A DNA stretch of 64,000 bases from an uncultured delta proteobacterium (lineage in GTDB: Bacteria; Desulfobacterota; Syntrophia; Syntrophales; UBA2185). Of this stretch, positions 10,498 to 21,190 are shown piece after piece. Every line of letters begins with the position of its first letter. Within the stretch, counting starts at the first letter, position 1. The notes beneath the pieces are model-generated. The model worked only from the letters and a program-made list of their open reading frames with translations. It had not been told where the DNA came from and searched no databases. The stretch lies in NCBI GenBank assembly GCA_963695875.1, contig CAVOID010000005.1:1-64000 (forward strand). The letters run 5' to 3'. The position numbers and the translations under genes were made by a program.

Positions 10498-11391
10498 CTA
10501 CCCGATAAACAACCCCGCAGCAATCAGAAAGGGAGTTACGATGTTGATGACTACGTTCAGGCCCATATAAGGAATCAGTTTTTTTGCATCCCCAGAGTAA
10601 CGAAGTGCACCGATAAAGGCAGGCACTGCAATGACTGTCGTGAACAGCCCAATGAGGCTGACTTTGGGCAGATAGTCAAGTACGACACCGAACAGGATAG
10701 ACAGATAGGCAAATAAAAGAAATGCGCCATAGATAAAACTACTGGCATGATTGCCAATGACGATCGGGAAATGCTTTCTGCCGATGCTCCGGTCTGCTTC
10801 AACATCCGGAAACTGATTCAAGAGTAACAGATTGCTGACCAGAAAGAATGGCACAAGTGACGCAATAAAAGCAGTTAGTGAGTATTCACCGGTGAGAACA
10901 AAATCCGTCCCCATGACCATGAGCGGTCCAAAACCTAATCCGGGGACAATCAAGCACAATATTGGATTGCGGGTAAGCCATGGGGTATAGGCAAATAGCA
11001 GGAATAAACCGAGGAGACCTAAGGGCAGCAGATATGGTCCTCTTACATATAAAAAATATGCGCCGATCAACCCTGTAATGGCAAATGTAATCAATCCCGT
11101 GCTCAATGCTACATGAGCCATATCGGGATTTTCGGGCAAGGTTCCACTGCCGCCGCTGAAAGGGGTCCGCTCTGTCTTAAAATCCAGACCACTTTTAAAA
11201 TCAAAATATTCATTTAAGGCATTGACACTAATATGAGCACATATGGCTCCAGCAAGTATCAGAATAATGTGAAAAACATTTGCTGTTCCGGTTATCCATA
11301 CGGCCGTTCCAACTCCCACGGAAACGCAGGCAGGGGTCAAGATTAAGAAAGGAACCCGCATCGGACCCAGGAAGTATTTATATTTACTCAT
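10498..11391 (-). CDS. UbiA/MenA-family prenyltransferase
   Basis: NEYFD..SGLD, SGGSG, NQFPDVEAD..IGRK; multi-TM. Confidence 0.85.
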   Translation of the reverse strand: MSKYKYFLGPMRVPFLILTPACVSVGVGTAVWITGTANVFHIILILAGAICAHISVNALNEYFDFKSGLDFKTERTPFSGGSGTLPENPDMAHVALSTGLITFAITGLIGAYFLYVRGPYLLPLGLLGLFLLFAYTPWLTRNPILCLIVPGLGFGPLMVMGTDFVLTGEYSLTAFIASLVPFFLVSNLLLLNQFPDVEADRSIGRKHFPIVIGNHASSFIYGAFLLFAYLSILFGVVLDYLPKVSLIGLFTTVIAVPAFIGALRYSGDAKKLIPYMGLNVVINIVTPFLIAAGLFIG

Positions 11392-11414
11392 ATAGTTCCT
11401 GCATTTCTTACGGA

Positions 11415-12197
11415 TCAAACTGCCGGTAGCGATACGACAAAAGCTCTCAGCAACCTGTTGAAGGCCTCAGCATTCTCCAGCATCACCATATGCCCCGCAT
11501 TTTCAATCAGCGACAATTGCGCACCGGGAATATTATCACCTAAAAACTGTGACAGGACCGGCGGCGTCATCTTGTCATCGGTACCGCATAAAATGAGTGT
11601 TGGTATCGCGATCCGTGAAATCTGACCTGTGATATCGAGTCTGTCACAGGCAAGCAAATCACCATACAGGACATCAGGACTTGCACACGACAAACCCTCA
11701 ATCACAGTGCGCAACAGGCGTTCCCTATTTTCCCTGGAAACTGAAAACTTAGCTATCAGACCTATTACCGAATCGGGGTCCGTTTTCAGGCCTTGCAGAA
11801 TCATTTCATTGACAGGCATTGTTACCCCGCCGCCCACAGAGACAACGCCGGAAAGCATCTCCCCGTATTGAATAGCGAATACCAGACTTATGGCTGCCCC
11901 CAGGGAATGGCCGATCACCACGGGTTTTTTCAAGGCGAGCGACTCCAGAAGCCTTTTCACCCATTCGACATACAATGAAACATCCTGTTCGCCCTTGCCG
12001 CTGGATTGTCCGTGGCCGGGTAAATCAATGACAGCGATATTAAACTCATCTTTAAATTTTGTATACTGCTTTATCCAGAGACTGTGGTCTCCACCCGACC
12101 CATGCACAAAGACGAGGGTCTTTCTCCCATCGGCAAAGTTCTCGCCTCCTACCCAGCAGGCAATATTTGCACCGCTGATTTCACGAAAGACTATCAC
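11415..12197 (-). CDS. Alpha/beta hydrolase
   Basis: HGSGG, DLPGHG, GHSLG nucleophile elbow, D and H (AGHM) triad residues; GTG start inferred from the RBS. Confidence 0.9.
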   Translation of the reverse strand: MIVFREISGANIACWVGGENFADGRKTLVFVHGSGGDHSLWIKQYTKFKDEFNIAVIDLPGHGQSSGKGEQDVSLYVEWVKRLLESLALKKPVVIGHSLGAAISLVFAIQYGEMLSGVVSVGGGVTMPVNEMILQGLKTDPDSVIGLIAKFSVSRENRERLLRTVIEGLSCASPDVLYGDLLACDRLDITGQISRIAIPTLILCGTDDKMTPPVLSQFLGDNIPGAQLSLIENAGHMVMLENAEAFNRLLRAFVVSLPAV

Positions 12198-12349
12198 TTG
12201 GGCCTCCCAGCAATATTCATCTTGATTTCCAGTGCCTATCATATATTCCGCATAATGTGCAAATAAAGATTGATAATCTTATAAAAATTCGTAAACTGGA
12301 GCAGATCAGGAGACAGTTTTAAAGATATATACGCGGAAAATAGAGATCT

Positions 12350-12434
12350 TGTCATTTCGGCTCCTTAAGTTTACTGAAGGTTAATTTCGGGACAAATCTT
12401 AAGATCCTTCGCTGCTGCGCATCTCGGAATGACA
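12350..12434. repeat. Short REP/MITE-like element
   Basis: Ends TGTCATTTCG...CGGAATGACA form a 10-bp inverted repeat with 1 mismatch. Confidence 0.45.
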
Positions 12435-12490
12435 TGAATAAGGCACTTTATCAACAGTGTAAAAAAAAGAATAATGTACTGAGGTGAGGA

Positions 12491-13309
12491 ATGTTGAAGA
12501 AAAAGAAGATCGGCTTTATTGGCGGTGGTAAAATGGGGAGCGTTCTTATCAATGGTATTTTGTCTCACAATCTCATGCCCGCAGAAAATCTGTCTGTTTC
12601 CGATGTGGCTAAAGATCGCCTGGAAGATATCAAAAAGACGTACGGTGTCAATGGAACCGCAGATAATAAGAAAGTCGTAAGGGATGCTGATATCGTCATC
12701 CTGGCAGTTAAGCCTCAGATTATAGCAGAAGTACTGAAAGAAATAGCCGGGGTTATTGATAAGAGGAAGCTCATCATTTCCATTGCAGCGGGTATTTCGA
12801 CGCAATACATTGAAGGGTTACTCAAGAAAGAGGCTCGAGTTATCAGGGTCATGCCGAATACTCCCGCACTGATCGGTGAGGGAGCCGCAGCAATCACGAG
12901 AGGTTCATATGCAACTGATGAAGATTTTGCCTGCGCCCGTTATATCTTCGATGCCGTTGGGATAACTGTTTCAGTTAAAGAAGAACTCATGGATGCGGTA
13001 ACGGGCTTGAGCGGAAGCGGACCTGCATACGGATTCGTAATAATAGACGCACTTGCCGATGGCGGCGTCAACATGGGGCTCTCCAGGGACATCGCCCTGA
13101 AACTTGCAGCACAGACCCTCCTGGGTGCGGCTAAACTCTGTCTTAAGGGAGACAAACACCCCGCAGAGCTGAGAGACATGGTTACTTCTCCCGGGGGAAC
13201 GACTATAGCCGGATTGAAGGCCCTGGAAGATGGAAAGCTCAGGGCCACCCTGATGACGGCTGTCGAGGCGGCAACATTGCGAGCAAAGGAACTGGGAAAG
13301 AAGAAATAA
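12491..13309 (+). CDS. proC: Pyrroline-5-carboxylate reductase
   Basis: GFIGGGKMG, AVKPQ, RVMPNT, SGSGPAY, VTSPGGTT. Confidence 0.97.
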   Translation: MLKKKKIGFIGGGKMGSVLINGILSHNLMPAENLSVSDVAKDRLEDIKKTYGVNGTADNKKVVRDADIVILAVKPQIIAEVLKEIAGVIDKRKLIISIAAGISTQYIEGLLKKEARVIRVMPNTPALIGEGAAAITRGSYATDEDFACARYIFDAVGITVSVKEELMDAVTGLSGSGPAYGFVIIDALADGGVNMGLSRDIALKLAAQTLLGAAKLCLKGDKHPAELRDMVTSPGGTTIAGLKALEDGKLRATLMTAVEAATLRAKELGKKK

Positions 13310-13339
13310 CACTAAAAAGAGATCTAAAAGACAACGATT

Positions 13340-13561
13340 TGCTGCCCCACGGGGTAATCCTTAAACTCTACCCATGGTTCTGGATTTATTCAGGGTTTCG
13401 GAAACAATCAGATTTACTTCCATAAGAACAGTGTACTCGACGGGTTCGAAAACCTTAATATCGGGACAGAGGTACGTTACGAGGAGGAAGAAGGGGAAAA
13501 GGGTCCGCAGGCAAGCACGGTCAACGTAATCAGGAAGGAACACACCCATCACAGACATTAA
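13340..13561 (+). pseudogene. Cold-shock-domain fragment (not in the ORF track)
   Basis: Manual translation PHGVILKLYP / GFIQ....IYFHKNSVLDGFENLNIGTEVRYEEEEGEKGPQASTV with one frameshift. Confidence 0.65.
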
Positions 13562-13902
13562 TGAATTCAGACATGATGGCTAAGATATAATCAAGCTGCA
13601 AATAAATATACATATGCGGCAAAATAGGAAATGGTGGGAACGCTCCCCACTTTTTTGTCTTGGAGAACACTCATATCCCTTGTCCCCCGCTTTTCTTAAT
13701 GTCCGGGACCACCTGAATTTGGTATTTTCCTTATAAATCCGTCTCCATTTTTTACCCATTTGATACCTTACATCCATTCTGCAATGAATGGCATAATTGG
13801 CACATTTATCATTTGTATACAAATTATTTGCGTAATAAACAATTGACAAACGTATTTTTTGCCATTATAAAACATAAAACAAATAAACAGGGAGTGATGC
13901 AT

Positions 13903-14511
13903 ATGAAAAAATCGTTGATTATTTCAAGACTGATAGCTTTAAGTTTAGTGTTTTTGCTTATCTTGGTTTGCGGTTGTACGAAAAGGTCAATTGTAAGAGA
14001 CTACCCTCCGGTAAAAGAAAAAACAGCGGCTAAAGAGGCTGGTGCGGAGGGATGGAAAGAAGAAGGTAAAGCAACAAAAGGAAGTGCTGTGAAAGAAGAC
14101 TTTTTAACTGAAGGAAGTGCGAGAAGCGCGACTGAGTCAACAAAGGGACTGTCTGTTACAGGAAAGGAAGCAGGTATATTCGAAGATATTTATTTTGATT
14201 ACGATAAGTATTATCTTAAGCCGGAAGCTCGGGAAAGTCTAAAAAAGGACGCGGCTTGGCTTGCCAAACATAAAAATTACAATGTTGTCATAGAAGGGAA
14301 CTGTGACGAAAGGGGGACAGTGGAATATAATCTGGCCCTTGGCGAAAGAAGAGCTGCAGAGGCCATGAAATATTTCGTCGAACTTGGTATTGAAAAGAAA
14401 AGGATAAAAACGATCAGCTATGGCAAAGAAAGGCCATTAGATCCGGAACATAATGAAGAAGCCTGGGCGAAGAATAGGAGAGATAATTTTATCCCCACAC
14501 TTAAGAAATAA
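13903..14511 (+). CDS. pal: Peptidoglycan-associated lipoprotein (OmpA_C domain)
   Basis: Lipobox LVCGC; IYFDYD, IEGNCDERGT.EYNLALGERRA, SYGKERP, NRR. Confidence 0.92.
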   Translation: MKKSLIISRLIALSLVFLLILVCGCTKRSIVRDYPPVKEKTAAKEAGAEGWKEEGKATKGSAVKEDFLTEGSARSATESTKGLSVTGKEAGIFEDIYFDYDKYYLKPEARESLKKDAAWLAKHKNYNVVIEGNCDERGTVEYNLALGERRAAEAMKYFVELGIEKKRIKTISYGKERPLDPEHNEEAWAKNRRDNFIPTLKK

Positions 14512-14539
14512 AAGCACACCATAAAAAACGTGCGATGAT

Positions 14540-14578
14540 GCCCTTCACCCGTTAAACGAAATGTAACGGGCGAAGGGC
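14540..14578. terminator. Hairpin downstream of pal
   Basis: GCCCTTCACCCGTTA / TAACGGGCGAAGGGC 15-bp stem with one mismatch. Confidence 0.55.
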
Positions 14579-15199
14579 CATCCATGGCTTATTAGATTTA
14601 AAAGTTCAATTCTGAAATATTTTTCTCGTATATCATTATTTTACAATTACCCTGATTTTACAACTATCGCACTGATTATAGTTATGCTTTCACTGAGTCA
14701 TCGCTTTTTTAAGCCCTACCGAGATATTTGACATGATTAGTAAGGGTAACTGAAAAAGATATACTTTGAATTGTGCAGACTCAAAGCTGACAAGAAGATA
14801 CAAATTCTGATTGCTGTTCTTCAAATTTTGCCCACCCATAGTAAATTTCAATCGGGAATCTTGATAATTTCATTGCGACAAACATTGACAGCATCCGGTC
14901 GTCTATGGATTGAGTATTAAGAAGCAAAATTGGTTTTTCATGAGAAATGCATCTTTTTCTTGGCAATATTATCCTTTCCCCGATGCCAAAATCAGGTTAT
15001 TAGATATTTTGGCTTTATATTATCCCTATACTTAAATAATATGCAGCACGTTAGAATATCTTTGATATTTCGCTTTATTATAGAGGCAGTATGAAATCAA
15101 TGATGATGAACATTTTGCCGCCAAGTCCGGTTCATCTTGCCCGGGATCAGGCGCTTCTGATAAGATTATTTTATAAATTATTATGGGTGGGATGAATAC

Positions 15200-15898
15200 A
15201 TGATCGACGGCACGGAACAGCCGGCAAGCGCCGGAAGAAAAGCAATTATGAAAGCCGTCGCACTGGTCATATTCATCATTTTAGCTATCTGCATCATTCG
15301 TTTCACCCCTGTGAAGAATCTGCTCACACGGGAGGTCTTGGGTAGTTTTCTTGAGGCCGCAGGTTTTTGGGCCCCTTTGATATTTATGCTCATATATACG
15401 GCCGGTATCTGTCTGTTTGTGCCGGGTACATTACTCACCGCATTGGGGGCAGCCATCTTCGGCCCCTATTGGGGCTTTCTTTATGTATGGGTTGGGGCCA
15501 TGGCCGGAGCGAGCGCCGCCTTCTGGATCGGACGGACCCTCGGGCGGGACTTTGCCGCGTCCTTGATCGGTGATCGTCTTAGAAAATACGATGATACCAT
15601 AGAGCGTAACGGCTTTGCCACCGTCCTCTATCTTCGCCTGGTTTACTTCCCGTTTACGCCGATGAATTTCGGGATGGGATTAACGAAGGTCCGCTTCTGG
15701 GATTACTTTTTCGGGACCGGCCTCGGTATAATTGTCGGGACGTTCATTTTTACTTTTTTCTTCGGAACCCTTAAAGAAGTCTGGGCCGGCGGTGACTGGG
15801 GCCAGCTTTTCTCCTTCAAGGTCTTCTTCTCCATCGCGCTCTTTGTCTTTTCGTTCTTTATCCCGAAGATCGTAGAGAAGGTCAGGAAAGAGAAGTGA
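15200..15898 (+). CDS. TVP38/TMEM64 (VTT/DedA-like) membrane protein
   Basis: VPGTLLT..GAAIFG, GRTLGR, LRLVYFPF..MNFGMGLT. Confidence 0.9.
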   Translation: MIDGTEQPASAGRKAIMKAVALVIFIILAICIIRFTPVKNLLTREVLGSFLEAAGFWAPLIFMLIYTAGICLFVPGTLLTALGAAIFGPYWGFLYVWVGAMAGASAAFWIGRTLGRDFAASLIGDRLRKYDDTIERNGFATVLYLRLVYFPFTPMNFGMGLTKVRFWDYFFGTGLGIIVGTFIFTFFFGTLKEVWAGGDWGQLFSFKVFFSIALFVFSFFIPKIVEKVRKEK

Positions 15899-15934
15899 TT
15901 TTCACGGCACATCGTTTTTACAGGAGGTACGAGT

Positions 15935-17398
15935 ATGGGAAGCTTTGATTATGATCTCGGAATCATCGGTGGCGGTGCGGCGGGACTGACGGCAGCCGCC
16001 GGGGGCGCCCAGTTTGGCGCCAAGACGATCCTGATTGAGAAGTCTGGCAGACTCGGCGGTGACTGCCTGCATTACGGCTGTGTACCTTCAAAGACACTCA
16101 TCAGAACCGCCGGCGTGTGGGCGCTTGCAAAACGGTCTGCTGAATTCGGCCTGCCCATATTGTCCATGCCCGCCGTAAATATGAGAGCAGTCATGAACCA
16201 TGTGAAAGAAGTCATCGACCGGATTCAGAAGCAAGACTCCGTGGAGAGATTCTGTGGCTTGGGCGCCGAGGTCCGTTTCGGCGCTCCGGTCTTTACGGAT
16301 GATCACGCAGTTAACTTGGAGGGAAAGCAGATCTCCGCGAAGAACTGGATTATTGCCACGGGGTCAGGTCCGGTCGTCCCTCCCGTGGACGGCCTTGCCG
16401 GGGTTCCCTTCTGGACGAATGAAACGGTTTTTTCTCAGGAAACACTCCCTTCCCGGCTGATTGTCCTTGGAGGCGGCCCCATCGGCCTGGAAATCGCCCA
16501 GGCCTTTGTGCGTCTGGGGTCTCGGGTAATCATCATCGAATTCATGGATCAGATTTTGGGGCCCGAAGATGCCGATATGGCCGAGATTCTGAAGACTCGC
16601 CTGGAAATGGAGGGAATAGAGATACGGGCGAAGACAAAGGCCGTCCGGGCGGAGTCCAGTGGGTCATCGATCCTGTTGACCGTTGCTCCTGCGGTCGGTG
16701 AAGGAGAGGCCACAATCATTGAAGGGGACGCAATTTTCGTGGCTACAGGCAGGGCACCCGGCATAAAAGGCTTAGGGCTTGATGCAGCAGGTGTATCGTC
16801 TACACCCAAGGGTATCCCGACAGATGCAAGAATGAGAACCAATGTTCCCCATGTGTATGCCTGCGGCGACGTAAATGGCCAATTGCTTTTCACGCACGTA
16901 GCGGGATATGAAGCGGGCATTGCCCTGACCAACGCAGTCCTCCACCTTCCCCGAAAAGCGGACTACAGGCGAATCGGCTGGTGTACCTATACGGACCCGG
17001 AAGTGGCCAGCATCGGCCTCAACGAAAAACGGGCCCGGAAGGAAGGGATAGACTATCAGATCATCGAGGAACTCTTCGTGGATAACGATCGTGCCCTTGC
17101 CGAAGGGGAAACACTGGGCAAGATCAAGATCCTCCTGAGTCCTAAGGGAAAGATCCTGGGCTGCCAGATCATCGGCGCCCATGCTGGTGACCTTATTCAT
17201 GAATGGATAATTGCAATGACCGGCGGGGTGAAGCTGTCCGCAATGGCCGGTGCCGTCCATGTCTATCCGACCATGTCGGAAATTTCGAAGCGTGCCGCCG
17301 GCAAGTACTTTTCCGGCAAGATCTTCAGTGATACGACGAAAAATATCCTTCGTCTTCTCTTTAACCTCAAAGGAAGAGCCTGCACATTAAAACCCTGA
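15935..17398 (+). CDS. Class I flavoprotein disulfide reductase (dihydrolipoamide dehydrogenase/MerA-like family)
   Basis: GGGAAG, GGDCLHYGCVPSK redox disulfide, GGGPIG, HVYPT; no C-terminal CC pair. Confidence 0.88.
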   Translation: MGSFDYDLGIIGGGAAGLTAAAGGAQFGAKTILIEKSGRLGGDCLHYGCVPSKTLIRTAGVWALAKRSAEFGLPILSMPAVNMRAVMNHVKEVIDRIQKQDSVERFCGLGAEVRFGAPVFTDDHAVNLEGKQISAKNWIIATGSGPVVPPVDGLAGVPFWTNETVFSQETLPSRLIVLGGGPIGLEIAQAFVRLGSRVIIIEFMDQILGPEDADMAEILKTRLEMEGIEIRAKTKAVRAESSGSSILLTVAPAVGEGEATIIEGDAIFVATGRAPGIKGLGLDAAGVSSTPKGIPTDARMRTNVPHVYACGDVNGQLLFTHVAGYEAGIALTNAVLHLPRKADYRRIGWCTYTDPEVASIGLNEKRARKEGIDYQIIEELFVDNDRALAEGETLGKIKILLSPKGKILGCQIIGAHAGDLIHEWIIAMTGGVKLSAMAGAVHVYPTMSEISKRAAGKYFSGKIFSDTTKNILRLLFNLKGRACTLKP

Positions 17399-17411
17399 CT
17401 CGCCCTCCCGT

Positions 17412-17993
17412 TTATCCAGGGGGCACTGGCGGAGCGTGGATAAGCTCCGTTATATTTTGTTTGTGATTATAGAAGATGAAGAGGGCGGTTGCAACTGCTC
17501 CCGTCATCGCCGCCGCCTGGTATCCGCACGCAATAATCGTCCCGGCCATAAGAACGAAGGTCATGAAGAATGAGGCGATAAAGGGAATGCGGACGATCCC
17601 GTATACCCCCACCCAGACGAGGGCGGAAAAAGCCGCCGCAAGGGGTGAAATCAGGATGGTAAAGCCGAGATAGCCTGCCACCCCTTTCCCGCCGCGGAAC
17701 TGATGAAAGCAGGGGAAGCGATTGCCGAAAATTAGTGCCAGTCCCACCCAGGGGACGTTGTTCATCGAAATTAGATGCAGCGCTGCCCAGGAAACGGCAA
17801 CAGCCCTGGCTAAATCAAGAAGAAATACGACCCCGGCCCAAAGCATCCCGGCCTGCCGATAGACATTCGTAGTCCCGGCAGTCCCGCTGAAATAATATCT
17901 TGGATCATCTTTCCCTAACAGTCTGAAGAGCAGGATGGAGAAATTGACAGAGCCCGCTATGTAGGCTGCCACAAGCAGTATCGATAGCATCAT
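17412..17993 (-). CDS. plsY: Glycerol-3-phosphate acyltransferase, PlsY family
   Basis: YIAGSVNF, SGTAGTTNVYR, FRGGKGVA, HKQNI. Confidence 0.85.
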   Translation of the reverse strand: MMLSILLVAAYIAGSVNFSILLFRLLGKDDPRYYFSGTAGTTNVYRQAGMLWAGVVFLLDLARAVAVSWAALHLISMNNVPWVGLALIFGNRFPCFHQFRGGKGVAGYLGFTILISPLAAAFSALVWVGVYGIVRIPFIASFFMTFVLMAGTIIACGYQAAAMTGAVATALFIFYNHKQNITELIHAPPVPPG

Positions 17994-18064
17994 GACTCTG
18001 TGTTTCCCCTGTGCGTTAACATAAAATCCTCCCTACCCCCTTTGTTTAAGATGGGAACTGGAGG

Positions 18065-18919
18065 TTAATACAAGACCCAACCGGGAGGCTTGATACGGCC
18101 ACCGGAGACGTCCCTCATAATGACTCCTCTGATCTCCTCATGAAGATCACCAGTCAAATCACGAATCCATATATCGAAGAGAAGGTATTCTCCGGTCATT
18201 GACACGGGCGATATCCGGCAATGATAGGTGTCTCCGGGTATCGTTGGTTTGACGATGATGCGTTCCTCAAAACCGACGGGAAAGGCCACGATATGAGAAT
18301 ACCGCTGTCCCCAGGCGCAGGCGACATGAAGAGCTCCGTCGAAGGGAAAGGGAGAACCGAGGGGCTCTGATGGCGCCTGATTATCCTCAGCGTATACCTG
18401 GGCCACGGCACCGCTTTCAGAAAGAAGGACATCACCCCTGACATTCTGATAAGACGGCCCGAAGGGCACCAGGTCGCCGTATAATTTTTGCGCGGATATA
18501 TTATAGCAAATGTCCTCCGATAACGATATCGTATCCATAGGCACATCCGTGGCTCGATCCCCTGCAGACGTGAAACTGACAGCGGCATGGACTTTCGTCC
18601 TCGTCATGGTTCCTCTTATCCTGTCAATGGTGATCAATTTGGATAATATGCGGCCGCCTTCATAGACTTCTAGTTCGTTGCAGGCCTCGATGACCCGGGA
18701 TTTTTTTTCGATATACAGAAAACGGTCAAACGTGGCTGCATGCATGTGTTTGACATACGCAGTAGGCAGGTAAGCCTGAACCGATCCGGCCAGCCGCTGG
18801 AGGGCTTCAACGGCGGGCAGAATGATTTTACCATCAAAATGGTGGTCCTTGAGGTAGGGATGAACAGGGATCACAAGAGGTAGACGGATATGTTCCGCCA
18901 TCCGGGAAGGGTTCCCCAT
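18065..18919 (-). CDS. Stand-alone PKS-type double-hotdog dehydratase
   Basis: YLKDHHFDGKIILPA (HxxxGxxxxP), LY...VPFGPSYQ, PFPFDGALH (catalytic Asp region). Confidence 0.8.
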   Translation of the reverse strand: MGNPSRMAEHIRLPLVIPVHPYLKDHHFDGKIILPAVEALQRLAGSVQAYLPTAYVKHMHAATFDRFLYIEKKSRVIEACNELEVYEGGRILSKLITIDRIRGTMTRTKVHAAVSFTSAGDRATDVPMDTISLSEDICYNISAQKLYGDLVPFGPSYQNVRGDVLLSESGAVAQVYAEDNQAPSEPLGSPFPFDGALHVACAWGQRYSHIVAFPVGFEERIIVKPTIPGDTYHCRISPVSMTGEYLLFDIWIRDLTGDLHEEIRGVIMRDVSGGRIKPPGWVLY

Positions 18920-18922
18920 ATT

Positions 18923-20424
18923 TTAATATCCTCTGAATCTTTCCAGATCAGGAAATCGATTCATCATTTCCAATCGATGAATATATCTTTGATACCTTTT
19001 CTCCCAGCCTATTCTGCGGATCTGCCTGTCGATAAAGTATTTCATGACCGGCTTGACCACATGCGTCCAGAAGGACGTCCATATCCTGCCCTGCTTGTCC
19101 GCAAATGCCGATGGTTTCCACCAGCCCAGAGCAGTTTGCCTGTAATACCAGAAGGCATATTGCAGCTGATCGGATTCCAGATGCCTGGTTTTCACATTTG
19201 CCCAGAAGCCGTTGTAACGCTCATAGCGATCATGATTCGTGACCAATCCCTCATCGATCAGATATTCTCTGAGCTTGGTCTTGGGATAGGGTGTCAGTAT
19301 CTGACAGTAGGATGCGTCCGCCTCCAGATCAGTTGAGAAACTGATAGTTTTTCTTGATGGCCTCTTCATCATCATCGGGCAGTCCAAAGATCAGGCCGCC
19401 GATCACCATGATGCCGTACCGGTGACAATTCTCTACGGCCTGCTTCGCTTCTTTGACGATGTCGGCCTTCTCCATGGTCCTGAGATTATGACTCGATACA
19501 TTTTCAATCCCCAGGAAAACGATCCGGAATCCCGCCTCGGACATTTTTTTCACCATCGCTTCATTTCGGGCCACGGATATGCAGTCGGCCTGTACGACCA
19601 GTTTCAAATTTCGATATTGTTTTTGTATGATGGCATCACACAGGCTTATGACCCATTTCGGATTCAAAACCATATTGTCATCGGCGATAAAGATCAGCCT
19701 CGTTTTCTTGTTGAAGTAGATGTCGTCAAGATCGGCAAGGATGCGCTCAATGGGATATGTCCTGTAAGAGCGTCCGTACATATGACTGATGCTGCAGAAA
19801 TTACAGTTGCGGGTGCAGCCGCGGGAGGTTTCCATGACCTCGATTCTGGAATACATGAAATGGTATCCGCCCGTCAGGCGTCTATGATCCCGGATCGGCA
19901 GTTTCAGGCGGGACAGATCGCAGAGCGCTCCCCGTTCGTTGTGAACCCACTCACCGTCCTGTTTGTAGGAGAGGGATGGTATGGCTTCCAGTCTGTCTGT
20001 CCCTGCCAGGGCGTTCACCAGCCGGCGGAAGGTCTCTTCCCCTTCCCCCCTGATGATGAAATCGATCTCTTTCGATTCGGGGGATGCGGCCATTTCTCCG
20101 CTCATCAATGTGGCATGATAACCGCCGACGGCGATCTTCACATCGGGAAGGATACTTTTGATGAGCCCGATCACGGCCAGAGCAGGTCGGATACTGCCAT
20201 GTCATGGCAGACAGGCCGATCAGGTCGGGGTTGATTCTTTTTAAGGTTTTCGTCAGATAGGTCGAGATGCTGCTCCGTTTTCGCACCAGGTCAATGAGAT
20301 AGACTTCATGCCCCTCATCGATATTTCCGCCGATGCAGGCGATGCCGTGATTGGGCATATGGATCGCCATTTCATGGATAACGATGGGTATAACATCCGG
20401 CATGGAGATGAGGACAACTTTCAT
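18923..20424 (-). CDS. B12-binding radical SAM protein (2 frameshifts as assembled)
   Basis: Three ORF pieces; GLSAMTWQ/GGYHAT cobalamin domain; ETSRGCTRNCNFC; GLIFGLP. Confidence 0.88.
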
Positions 20425-21190
20425 AAATCCACTTTTCTTTCCATGAGGGAACGCGCCTCCGCCATGAGACCGGAGAGCGAAAAAGCATCGCTTTCATAAT
20501 CCGGTTCAAGGCTTCCGGCCAGTTCCACCTCAATGACATTTTCGTCACAGGTATTAAATAAAAACTTCCCCGGAGGAAAGAGTTTATGGGTATTCCGGAT
20601 CAATACCACCTTGATCGGCGCATTACAGAGCCTGGCAATTCTGAATGCGCCTTTGTCAAACGGACCTATCCGGCCGTTGCGGCTTCTTGTCCCTTCGGGA
20701 AATATAAAGAGATTCCCTCCTTCCGACAGATAATCCTTCATATTCTTTATCTGGTCAATCATGTCTTCCGTAAACAGACCTTCCGTCATGGAAGGGATAT
20801 AGCCGGATGTCTTCAAAATCCAGCCGAAAACGGGAAATCTGAAATAGTCACTTCTGACGATGGTCTTTTGTTTTTCAAACAGAGACACAAAAAGAATGGG
20901 ATCAAGGAAGGAGAGATGGTTGGCAATAATGATGGAAGAGCGAATGCGCGGACACCTCTTCCGATATATGCCATTTCACTCTGGGAACTATGGTTCGTAA
21001 AAGAGAGAAAAAAAGCCGGTGGAGCCGATGATTCAGTTTTTGAAAGGCCTCTTCACGCCTGGGATGAAAAGAAGAAGGCATACAGATAAAAGGGAGAAAA
21101 GAACACGAAGAATCCCATAATGTAGTATACCCAGAGGGTGACGGTGATGATGAAATCTTTCAGGGATTGTCAATACCGAGAACATGGGTC
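20421..21190 (-). CDS. 1-acyl-sn-glycerol-3-phosphate acyltransferase (PlsC-like), frameshifted; start approximate
   Basis: IIANHLSFLDP read manually at about 20930-20900; FPEGTRS; FDKGAF. Confidence 0.85.

Noticed and set aside
14781..14966. IS4/IS701-like transposase remnant (RFPIEIYY..AK)
   Set aside because: Resemblance too short; no inverted repeats or DDE residues visible
15935..17398. Mercuric reductase merA
   Set aside because: No C-terminal vicinal Cys pair, no N-terminal metal-binding domain and no mer operon; pairing with a VTT protein is a common arrangement
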